NCBI GenBank assembly: GCA_043228905.1 | Contig: JBHGNT010000015.1 | Span: 744,001 to 808,000, forward strand | Reading direction: 5' to 3' | DNA length: 64,000 bases | From: Azolla caroliniana | Taxonomy: Eukaryota > Plantae > Polypodiophyta | In this document: piece after piece, positions 38,285-50,800 of the stretch | Layout of the letters: each line of letters opens with the position of its first letter | Position numbering within the stretch: the stretch's first letter is position 1 | Translations under genes and position numbers: made by a program | The notes under the pieces: generated by a model | What the model saw: only the letters and a program-made list of their open reading frames with translations | The model's database searches: none | What the model was told of the DNA's origin: nothing

Positions 38285-40169
38285 TGAGATATCATCACAA
38301 TAAAGCTAGTTTTGGATATCATCACAATAAAGCCAGAAAGAACATGAAATAAAGCATGTTTTGGATTACATTTAGAGGAAATTCAGTTTTTCAGCCAAAA
38401 AGAACATGAATTCCAACCCCTAATACCGTAAGAATCCTTCGAATTATATATATCTACGTAATAGGCAACAATAGGTTTTTAGATGAAGGTCATAATCTCA
38501 ATTAACTTAATGTGGTCGTGAAGCCTTTAATCAACATTTCTAATTCTCTTAGTTAGGATATCCCACTTCCTATTAAGATCATACTTAAACTCTAATAAAA
38601 CCAATAAGGGAAATTTTGTTGGTGAGTTTAAATTAGTAATTAGTTAGTACATCTTGTAATTAGTAGAACAAATTTCCTAATCTTTGCAACTAACCTTAAT
38701 TGTTCTTAATCGTGCAATTAGTTGAGGTTTAAGTATGTGCTTAGCATGATATTAAATTTGATATTTGGATGAGGATGTCAAGCAATCTTGGGTACAATTG
38801 AGCTAGGCATGCTTTATTATTTTCTCAAATAATTAAGCATGGTATGGACCACTTCTTGTCCCTTTTATAACTTTATAGTACTAACAATATCTAAAATCCA
38901 GTGTGACGACGTGGTGCGATCTTTGTTTTTTACCATCTATTGGCGACGTGGCACTTCTTTTGTTGGCATTCATTGGGGTCGTGCTACATTCATTGTGGTG
39001 AAGCATTTATTGGCATATACATGTGAGTGAAATAAACGTGGGATGTTATGACGTTGCCTCGGGGGCTCTACGATTAAATGGATGGGACATATGATTTGTT
39101 ATTTCTTTAATAGAATTTGGCTTTTCCTCCTTTTCTAGTACTTTCATGCCATTATCAAATATGGATTTTCGCACACACATGTGTAAGCAAAATAAACACA
39201 ACATTGCCCCTGCGTTGCACCTTCCTTAGATTGAGTGGGATACATGATTTGAGTTTCCTCCCTCTTTTCGTACAATATCATTCATATTCACCTATCCACG
39301 AATGTCTATAGCAATCCTATAAGGATTCTTGACTTGACTTGTTTTTAATAAGTTTTTTAATTGGTTAGTTAGCAAAACATGATTGAGAAAATCATTCCAT
39401 TGTGTGAGTTCCAACCTTATATGTATTAGGTACAAGCAAATTCTACTTGGGAGTTAGCATTACTTGTGATGGAACCAGAAATGAGCTTTGTTTTTCCTCT
39501 CATTTTATTCTTGCTAATGGGATGAGTGAAATAAATGAAAGTAAATGTGTAGAGATGAATTTAATGTCCTTAGTTCAGTTTTAAGTAAGTACGAGGATAA
39601 AGTAACATAGACATCACCAATATCGACACCCAACATTTTGAACATTCTTAGATTTTAAGATACAATAACATGTGTTTGCATCAAGAAATTAATCAAAGTT
39701 ATCCTTGGTATGAAATTAATGAGAACAAATAAAGTACCTTCCTTGGTAATCAAAAGTTGACATATGTATATAAACACAAGGTATAACTAGCTAGAATTGT
39801 CAATCGCTTACTAGTCATTGTGTGTCACGTACATAATTAGAGTATCTCATTACTATTGGATAAGAGGAAGTGGCTTTAACTCAATTTTTCAATAAAATAA
39901 TATCAAAATTCTTATGTACATAGAAAAACATGCGTTAGTAAATTCTAAAGACATGCTTATGATGTTTCCATTTCCCCCACTTTCTAGATGCTTGATAAAG
40001 CATTCAAACACATCAAACTTAATTGTGTTGCATATGTTGATAAAATCCTTATTGTGAGTTAAAATAGTGGAGCAAGCAAAGAATTTGTGTTTGTTGATGT
40101 TGCCTTACTTATGTGTGCCTCGAGTCTCATTATAGACATTAGGAATGCACAACAATGTGTAAGAGAGCT

Positions 40170-42260
40170 TCATCCCCGAATGAAAGGAAGGCCGATTGCA
40201 GCTACAATCAAAGTTGATGGTAGCCCATATTTGAGGTGTGAGAAGAATGTGATATCATATCCATATGGTTGTGCCTTCATTGCTTGCTCACTAACAATGA
40301 GATTTGCCGCAGAGCCAACTAAAGTAAAGTTACCTCCAATAGTGCTCGCCCATGCTAGAAACAACCAAGCCCTTGTGACACTTGCATTACTTTCAAGAGC
40401 CGATGCCGCAACTCGTGTTCCCAAGAGTAGCACTGCAATACTAATCACATGATCAATATATATTTTTCTAGTTTTGATTGCACATGGTCTTGCAAAAGTA
40501 GAATATGATTATGCTAGCCGTGGTTGGATGTTTTGGTCACAATAGTATGACATGTTCTTGTTAAACTTGTTCTCCAAAATATAAATTTTCACCAAGGATG
40601 AAGGTCATTTTTCTAAACATTTCGTGCCATTGGGAGCCTTGAAAACACAAGGCAAGACGAAGCCCAAACTTGATGGCATCTCGTGCAACAAATGAAATGC
40701 ATACTAAATTTTTAATTGACTTACCGGTTGGCACGTTTGAAGCAACGTTGGACAAAAGTATGACAACGAGCGTGAGAATTATGATTCCACTTGTATCATG
40801 GATTCGTGCATGTGGTTCCATAATGTCCCAAATGGTACCCGGGATGCCCGTGGAGTTGAACCCATCGATTGTAATGAACATGCCCGTGAAAAATACCAAA
40901 AGTGTGTATGATACCTAGAGTCAATAACAAGGGTCAATAAAATCAATGAATTGGTCATGTTTGAACATTTTTTACAAAAGAACAACATGGTGGCTTTACA
41001 TGGATGTAATTTCCAACATCATATCATACTTGATTGGTAAATGACCCTTGTGTTTTACAAGGCTTCCAATGGGAAACTCTGTAAGTAATGACTACCACAA
41101 CATGAATTTATGGCCATGTACTGTACCTTGTCTAGGTTGGGTCCAGCATCACAAAAATCAATTGCCATCAAGCAAATTGCAGCTGTAAGTGATGTCCATG
41201 AAAGATCATATCCCAATAGAAATGCGGCGAGCATTGCACATGCGACGAAGTAAACACAAAACTTCCAAACTATCCTCTTACAATCGCGGCGCGCCTCGGT
41301 AGTAGCACTTGTCCCCGGGATTAGTAGTGTTTGCCCAAGGCCATGATCAATGGAGGAAGGCTCTTGTGGCACATCCGATTTCGGTGTTAGTAGTGGTGAC
41401 GTGTCGAGGCTAAGCACAACTTCGGGTGCGGATCCACGAGCTACCTCTCTTTTCGAAGACCTCAGCACATGTAAGAGATCATGTGGGATGTCTAGATCCT
41501 CGGAAGATTGGAAAGGTGTCCAAGGTGTGGCATTCTTAGTTGCATTCCCGCCATAAACCGATCTTGGGCTGAGACCGACGGATCCGTTGAGGCCAAGACC
41601 TAACCAGCTCGAGTTCAAATTGACATGATCTCGAGGGGAGAGCTGTTTCCGATAGAAAAGGAGCAACATTATGGTGTTGAGTGTGATACCGACCGCCACG
41701 GAAGGGAGCATACCGAGGACAAACTTGGAGAATGAGATGTTGCTACGAGCCGCAATCACGAGGTTTTGCGGGTTCCCGATCGGGGTCCCGGCCGACCCAA
41801 TGTTGGCACTTGTGGCGAGAGCAATGAGGAATGGCAATGGGGGCAACTTCTCGCGATTGCAAAGCTTAAGGATGAAGCTTGTGAGGACAAGGCAACAAGT
41901 GTCATTGGTGAAGAGGGCACCCGCCACCGCCCCTAGTAAACATGTGCGGCACAAAAGATCGCGTGCCCCGCGGCTCCTCCACGAGAGAAGATAGCCTAGG
42001 TACTTAAACATGTCGGCTTGTTGCATGTACACACTCACCACCATTGTGCCGAAGAGGAGCCCTAGGATCGATAAGTCGATCGCGTCGTAAGCTTCCGTGG
42101 GTGTTTCCACACCTAGTACCACGGTGAGGACGGCTCCCGCAACCGCACCCGCAGTTCTTCCTAATGGTAGGGCCTTGAAGGATGGGAACACGGCGAGGAC
42201 CCAGAAAAGCACGAACGATAGGCTCCCGAATACCACCACTCGGAGAGATGCTAGAACCAT
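40170..42260 (-). CDS. LSI2: Silicon efflux transporter Lsi2-like (ArsB/citrate-transporter superfamily), 3 exons
   Basis: Exons 42260-41127, 40914-40725 and 40432-40170. Motifs: [116 protein letters not shown]. Substrate is not provable from sequence. Confidence 0.92.
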
Positions 42261-42445
42261 GTTTGATTAATAGTGGAGTGGCCAGTGGGAGTAAATTTAA
42301 GAAAAAGAGTTGGATATTAAGTGAGATTGGATGTTACATTTGAATGAGATTGGATTGGGATTAAGAATGATGATGTTGGTCATTGGTACTGTGTACATTG
42401 GAAGGTTCATCCTTTTCTAGAGAAATTTATATAGGTTTTGTTAGC

Positions 42446-42449
<4 letters not shown>

Positions 42450-42489
<40 letters not shown>
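42450..42489. repeat. (GA)n microsatellite upstream of the Lsi2-like gene
   Basis: Directly visible, about 190 bp upstream of the ATG. Confidence 0.95.
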
Positions 42490-42493
<4 letters not shown>

Positions 42494-45199
42494 CTTGTTT
42501 TTTAAGTCTCTAGTTTTGGCCAAAATTGGTCATGTACACCACTCATCCTCAAAATGATCTCATCAACAAAAATCTCTCTCATTACCCATAAAAATCAATG
42601 CCCATCTACTATGTTATCTCTGGGAGCCACGTCAATCATTAGATCAGAGGGCCTTTCACTAGCTTTTCTATATTTGCTTCCTAGGGGTGGTCCTGGCCAC
42701 ATTGCTTGAATGATATATGAGAGACTATGGCTTGCAATATCATTGCCCTATTTAACTCGAAACACACTTAAGAAGATGAATCGTTGGAGGAATGAGGATG
42801 GATTGAATCTTATCATTAGTTAACTAACGTTGTTTTGTTAGGAAAAGACCCAACCAAGGAGTGTTTTTGTGTTCCGGTGGCTCTCTCATAATTGAATATT
42901 GGTGTGAACAAGTAAAGAGTAGCTCTTCTTTCATAAAAAAAGAACAAGAGTGTGACTTTGATCTCACACCTAATGGTAAACTTTAATTGCCTTCACAATA
43001 CATTGTTTGTGGACTTACAATGTTCGAATCATGACCACTTCCCCACTTGCATTTAATAGGCCAAAGGGTAATGCTTTGTCATGTCAATAACAGTAAGTGT
43101 ACCATGTTCATTCAATGAAAACATGCTCAAATCTCCAGAAGTGTTGCATTCTCATGGACATTTGAGAATTTAGACAACCGACAACACATCTGACACATCC
43201 TATTTGGGAGTAAAGATTGCAATGCTTTCTATTTTATTGCCTTCTTCTTTTTTATCTAATTTACAAATATTTTGCTTAAGGCATCATGGGCTCACTACTC
43301 TTCTTTCATGATGCTATTATGTAATTGTCACTAGGGTGTAGCTCAAGTTGGCAACTCTAGTTACTCTTGCTATTGATCAATGTACATACCCCCCACTTGT
43401 TTGTCGTATCATGTTTTGTTGACTGAAAAGCTGTTGATGTCATTCAACTTTAAAATCATTGTCGTAAAATTTCTAAATCTTCACGTGTCTCTAATATGCA
43501 ATGTGAGAATCATGCTCTTAAACCCCTTGTGAATCCACTCATCAACAATGTGGGAACTTTTAGTAAATTTGTGCTTAAATAATGGGATTTCTCAGAAAAA
43601 TAGGCGTAACGTCGCGTTTAATGTTATTTCACAAGAAAAGGGTATCTAACCTTGATTTGGTGTGAAATTTGTGTCTTTTAAAACTAGAAATATGGATCAT
43701 TGGATTATTGTCTTGGGTCGATGATTCAGGATTTGGATCCAATCTCTCCTAGTTTGTTATATATCAGCCTTTCCCCCCTGATAATTATGAGAGTTGTATG
43801 GTGGCACATATAGTGTGGTTTCATGCTCTCTAGCAATACTTAATCATTATCATATTGTATACACTTTATCACATCATCTAACAAGCTTCGTTCCGTGTAA
43901 ACAAACCAAAGCACATTGATTTTAACTAGAATTAAAATCATGTCATTATTGGCCTAAATGGCTCTTGCATCTTCATATACACATAAGGTTCTTTGAGTCT
44001 TGAGAGAAATAGGAGGTGTTAAGAGTCTATTACTAATCAATAGACCAAAATATAAGTAAAAGAAGGAAAATAGATTGGATAGAAGAACCTGTTCCACCCG
44101 ACCACCCTCAAGCTATGATCTAGACATAGCCAACCTACCACCTGGCACCGACGTCCCATACCTATTCCTAGGCCCCTTGAATAGATATGCATTTTTAAAT
44201 GCCTCTCCATTCATTGGTTGTCCAAATCATGATAGTCCGTGCACCTATTATTCTGTTTATCCGATCACATTAGTCCCCTTTTTAACATTAGTGAACATAC
44301 CCTTCATGTATGTAAATATTAGTGACCTACCCTCACCTACATAACAAGAGGAGACTTGAACACATTTATGTAGAGCAAAATGAACATTTTGAAACTCAAA
44401 CGTTGTGTTTGTGCATCAAGTAACTTATAGAGGCATGTGCAATGATATCATAGCATTTAGTGTGAAGGGGACAAGGGAATATTCTTTATAGATTCACACT
44501 ATGGGAGATTGAGGTCATAGATCAAGGAGACTAGGATGTCACAATTGGGTTGGTGAATATTTGTTACCTCATTATGTCAACCTTTACCCATTGGCCAAAC
44601 AAAAAAACTAAAAGGTTATATAAGCCACCTAGACTATATTTTCCCTTTTACCTTTCTATCAACTTATAGGCTATCAAGTGTCTGGAATTGCCATGTCATC
44701 CACATGCATACCTCGTTGCCTTATTTAACTTTATAGAACCATCCACACCTCTACTTCTCTTTATAATTACAAAACTTTGATATAAGTAGCGATATCAAAC
44801 ACCATACCTTTTCTTTTGGGGGGGGATCAAATAATGTTCATCTAGAGAGGTTGTGTCTTCAACATAGATTCATCTAGTCAATTTTAAGTTGATGATGTGG
44901 AGAAGTGTGAGACTAACAAACTCATCCCTTTCCCTCAAAAAAGGTGATGTTCTCTTTAATGTCTATTTTGTCATCCAAATTCTTAATGAGCTCAATAGTT
45001 TGGGCTTTTCCCAATTTCTATCTCTAGAAGCATGCACTTGGAAAAACACTTTTTCACACTATCTCTACATTACACTGTGGGCAAGCCAGGAGCCTCCCAT
45101 GGTTATGTGCTCATTTCCATCACAGTAACAAATTTTGACATTGTAAAGTATTGCCCCAAGTAAATGTTATTGTAATGATCTTCATTGTAACATGCCAAA

Positions 45200-45780
45200 A
45201 TATAAATTGCAACTAGCATGTCCTTTTAAACCATTATGGCACTATTGTGTTTTTCATGCCATTGCATCTTGAAAGAAATAATCACCACTTGAATTGGTGC
45301 AGTTATCAACATGTCTGATATCCATGAAAGATCGTTCGACCATATCAGCCAAAAATATGGCTTTTTATATCTTATAAACTATAGATATGCATCTTCCATA
45401 AGGTTAAAATTAAAATTTCTTTTAGCTTGATGCGTTTGGCAACAAAGAGACTTGCTAATTGAAGATCTATGGATGTTGCTAGCACCCATTATCATATGGA
45501 AAATTTGGACCGCAAGATATACCAGGGTATTTTCAGCAAACAAACGGCCTCCAGCAGAATCTATTAAGCTCATATGGCACATGTTAATAACTACATTGAG
45601 GGCCCAATATGACGGATTGATTGAACAGATGATGCTTCAGATTTAATGAGGCTGAAATTCAGAAAACGATGGTGTACTACACCGATGGCTACAAAAATTG
45701 GAGTGGATATACAATGGCAGTACGTAATACCGAGATGGTTGTTCCCCTCTCCCATTAGATGATAGAAGGGTGTGAATGAC
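45200..45780 (+). mobile_element. Degenerate LINE ORF2 3' fragment
   Basis: LWMLLAPIIIWKIWTARYTRVF matches the W.IW..RN..IF motif that follows zf-RVT in plant L1-like elements. Confidence 0.6.
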
Positions 45781-46841
45781 ACGACAAACATGGAGAACAA
45801 ACAAGTGGGTTATTTAGTGTAAGATAAATAAGTGATGTAGCCCATATGGAAGGAGGTAATGTCTAACATTGTGTATTGTATGTCATTTTAACTAATGGAG
45901 TATATTCTTCTTTGGAAAAAGAGACTTGCTAATTTAAATCCAAACATTACTAATCAAAATTTAGCATTCAAGGTTTCCATTAAAGGCAATATTTCAAAGC
46001 ATACATATGCTTTTATGGTGAAAGGCCAAATAAGATCACGGTCATGAATGAATACCATGGTGTTCGTTGTACCTAAATGCCATATGCTTGAATTTGGGTG
46101 AGAAACCATGCAATATCTAACCAAGTGATTTATGCCACGCATCTTAAGTGAGAAAGTTACTTACATATTTAAATTTGATATACCCAACATAATCTCATAA
46201 TGTTACACCCGTTATTTAATTAAGGTGCATGTTTTCAACCATGTTTGAATATATTTATTGAGGTTGGTCATACAACGCTCTGACGAGAGGTGATTGTGGC
46301 ACACATTGCGGTTAGATTTATGTCATCACAATGTCAAAGGGAACAAAGACAAGAACTTAAATGTACAAAATGCAATATTAAACATTTTCCTAGTTTTTCA
46401 CATTCTCAACTTATGCTAGAGCTATTATCTCTCTTATCTCCTAATCCTAATACTTAGGCAAGTGCTTAATTACTTAAGTTTCCATCTAATATATTTAGCC
46501 TTGACTTGCATGTAGCATGGGAATGATTAATGAAAGTATTATGATTACTTTAGATAATTAAAGTGTTTATGTGAAGTGGAACCATTTGAGTCTAGTTTCA
46601 TTAGTTAGTGTTGAAAGTTAAAGAGTTTCATGTAAAGTTCATCGAAGTGGTTAGCACTTTATTAATATGCTTTAGGATTGTCAGCACGCATTCTTACCAC
46701 ACTTGCCTCCAATAAGGTAGATTTCTAGCTTGAATCCTCCAACACAACCTCGGTGTAAGAGAATTCCACCCAATAACAAGTGCACTCAACACACCAAAAC
46801 TTCAACGATAACAAATCCCCAATTATCAAACTCGTATACAC

Positions 46842-47095
46842 ATCATATTTGAACTCTACATCACAAACAATTCATGTGTGAATGCATGTTAACTTTACTG
46901 AATTAAAATGTTGAAAATTTTAACCAGCCCTTATAATTTGAGGTCAATTAAGTAATGATAATCATTGCAACATGCTCTAGATTCTAGAATAATACATCAT
47001 ATTTCAACTCTACATCACAAACCATTTGTGTGTCAATGCATGTTTACTTTAGTGAATTAAATTGTTGAAATTTTTAACCAGCCCTTATAATTTGA
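46842..47095. repeat. ~100-bp direct repeat, two copies ~153 bp apart
   Basis: ACATCATATTT.AACTCTACATCACAAAC...TTTTAACCAGCCCTTATAATTTGA occurs at ~46842 and ~46995. Confidence 0.85.
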
Positions 47096-47848
47096 ACCGT
47101 ATACTTTGCTCTCCAAATGAATATGAATGATGCCCATTAATATTAATGTATATTTTCACCTATGATGCAAAAGCTCTATAAATGTGGCCAAATATGGGGC
47201 ATGTATTTGCTGTTTCACAGCTATATACCACCTTCGACACTACACCTCCAATATATTTGTAGTACGTAGTTTTCAAAGCTATAAAGCATCCCTTATATTG
47301 AGAGGTCAACGCAAATCCTTATATTGATAACTTTGTTACCAATAAGTGTCTCAAAGTCTAAGAGATGCCATAATGAATAGGGCAGCTAGTTCCTTTTCCT
47401 TGAACTCCCACTATTATACTCCCACATTTCACAAGTCCTCAATAACCTGTTTCCCATTTACCCTACTCTTAAACCATTACTTTGGCGTTTAGAATTGGTA
47501 CCTAGGGTTATACCCGTAACAAATTATAAAGATGGGCCAGCAATTAGAACTAGTTTTGGTCAATTTTAAAATAGAATTTTTGTACTTTGCAACAACATTT
47601 GGCCACACTCAAACAAATGACAAAGCAAAATGACTTATTTTTTGTTTTCCATTCATGAATCATGACCTCTTAAAAGTCCAACATGAATCGCACTTTAACT
47701 TTGGTCCCTGAGCAAAAACCAAAGCCGTTACAGCTACATAATGAGATAGATTTATACACAACATGTAGAAAATTTCAAGATTATACAAGCTGGTTCTATA
47801 AACAAGTGAAACTTTTTGCGATTAAACATAGAGGCCGGATTTCATTCA

Positions 47849-50800
47849 TCATATTGGTAACTGTTCTTCTGTAGCGGTACCGAATAATGAGTTATTATAA
47901 ATAGGGGTATCTGAAAATGTCCCACCATTATTTTCTCGCTCAGCTGCTTTGGAAGTGCTGCCCATGTTGTGAGCTCTTGTGACTACCCCACTGGCACGAT
48001 TAGCCTTCATTGCACGCCTGATAGTATAAAGTGGAGTATCATCGTCTTCATCATCTTGTCCCTCGTGATCATCTTCACTAACATCATGGCCTTCAAACAA
48101 TCTTTTTCCTTGTATGTCCTGGGTCTTTCTACCACGTGATGATTGTCTTGCCCCAGTCACTTCTTCACCTAAGAAGGAGTAGATAGACAATCTTCAAAGT
48201 AAGCACAAAAAACTTTAGGTCAATAATAACACCATTCTTATAACATCCTACCATCCGTGGCAGTAACAGTAGCTTTAGAAGCCTTTTCCGTCAAACAGTC
48301 TACAAATGTGATATACGGTCGCCAACTACTTGGATCTTCATCAGTATTAACACCTTCAACTTTCTTCTGAACCATTGTAAGGCTGAATGCATAGCATTGG
48401 TAATATTAATAGAAAATTAGAAATGCAACCAATATGATGTTGTTGCTTTACTTACATTTCATGTGCTTCTAAAGGTGGTAGTTTCAGTGCAAATTGAAGA
48501 ACACCGCCTTCAAGGAAGGGTAATTGCTTGGGAGCGTCATGGAAAGCATGCTCAATACCACCCTTGACAATATACATGATACTCGATTTGTGAAGGTCTC
48601 GTGCAACACCAGAAAATGATGCTGAAAGTTTGCTGGCAAGCTCTTTACAAACCAAGAAAGATCTACTGGTTGACCAGTCATCATCGCCCTTTTGAATTTC
48701 CCGCATATGCCTCTCATAAGCCTGCAGTTGACAATCCTTGAATAATGCATTTGCTTTAGCAAGTTAAGCTAACACATAGAATAAATTATCTTGAGAACAC
48801 AATGGGAAATGTTCTAAGATGGAAAGAGTAGCATGTGCATACTCTTCCTTGACCACAGAGATGGCTTCATGCATTTGAAAACAGTTACAATTTGAAGAAA
48901 ATAAAGAATTTCAGAGTTCCTTTTTGCTGAGGATTCATTGCTATTGAGCATGCATAACAAGGCATTGACTTAGCTAAGCCCCATTCATCATGACTCTATA
49001 GAAGCAATTTCCAAGACAAAATGCTAGCAAATTAGCTTTTTATCGACTGAACGATGCTAACCCTCTTAATAGCCTCCAGATACAAATTTGAAAGCTCTTG
49101 TTCCTTCATGGTCTTCTTCAAAAGCAATAACATATGTTTCACGGTCTCTGCAACATTTTTTCCATGCATTACAAAATGAGAGACAATCTCTGGCCCCATA
49201 AACTCCTACAAAACCCAAACAATATCCAGAACCAATCCATGGATTAGAATCAGCAAAAAACAGATCAGTTAAGCAGAAGTGGAGTTTAGGAGGCTCATAC
49301 TTTGCCAACTATCTCATGTGCAACTAATTTGGCTGCAGCAGACACAATAACATCTTTCTGATTCAGATAGTCTATATGTTCATCAGTGACATCCTCCTCT
49401 TCATCATCATCATCTGTGGAAATCGCCATGTTGATTATCTCCAACTGAATTGTGTTGATAAAACAACTCATAATAGGAAAATGGAATTTAAATTACCTGC
49501 AGCCATTAGTCTATATTCACATAGTTTCCAAAATGTTTTCAGTGTTTCAACTGAAGGTAGGAAACCTAGAGACTGTAATTTGGTTGCTGAAAGCTTTACC
49601 TCACTGAAAAATGTCCAAAGATCTGCCATAATCACACATACCTGATATCCCATGACATCAGATTATTAGGAAGTGCAAAATACATGCATATACACAGTTC
49701 TCAATCTCCTGACATACCGTACAGCCCAAACGGCTCCTTGTATTGCCATGTTTATAACTTGAAAGGGTACTCTCTGCAAACGCATCTAACTGTTTTACAA
49801 GGATATCCCGTTTTGATTTCAACGAAGAAATTCCAGCTTTATCTGGATCATCGAAACCTAATGACTTTAAGCACCAGATAACATGTAGAAACATGTTGAG
49901 CAGAGCTAGTTGTATAACCTGCACCATATCCCTTATGAGAATATCCGGACGCGCATGATAATCTTTTGCCATCCATTAGAATATTACCACCTACCTCATC
50001 GTCAATGTTGTTGTAATTCTCTAGAAGTTCCACTTGATCCGCAAAAATGCTCTCACTTATTACTGCTTTATTTAACTGCAGCTGATGAAGTCTTCTCAGG
50101 TTAACTATCAAGGAATAATCATCATCCCCTACCTGGAAACAAAATTAAATGATCGCTTTGAACTTTGGGCATGGTATACAAAGTTTATATGTGATAAGAT
50201 TACCCCTGCTTGATTAATGGCTGTTCGAAGCTTGACTATGAGTTCATCTTCCATCAATTTCATGGTTTGTTGAGCTGCATCTTGAAGCTCCGCTTGACTT
50301 TCACTCCAACAAAAGGCCAAAGCTTTCACACAAGCCTTTAGAATGTTCTCTTCTCCATGCTTAAAGAATGATTCCTTCAATAGTTGTAATATTTGATTGA
50401 AAGCCTAAGGTTAAGAAAAAGGAACAGCATCAGATCAGAGACCCAAAATCTGACAAAAACAAACGATGGATGTTACTCTAGAGCTTTTACTTGTTCCTGA
50501 TGCTTCAGGTTGTAGTCTTCTAAGTTCATGCTCATGATCAATTCTAGTATGTATGGTACTTTAGCTTTATCAGCGAGATATTTTCTTAGTAATTTTGGAA
50601 GCGTCTTCATCAATGCGGCAGTTATGTCTTTTCTATTATTATCTAAACTTTCCTGCATAAAACAAGTCATGCAAACAATTAGGCAGCATAAAAAGAACAA
50701 CATGACCAATGGTGATTATTCATACATAACCCTATACTTTCTGCGCCTTGCTGAGAGTAGCTTTTCGAGAATCAGCAGAAGGAACTATTTTACCCCCCAC

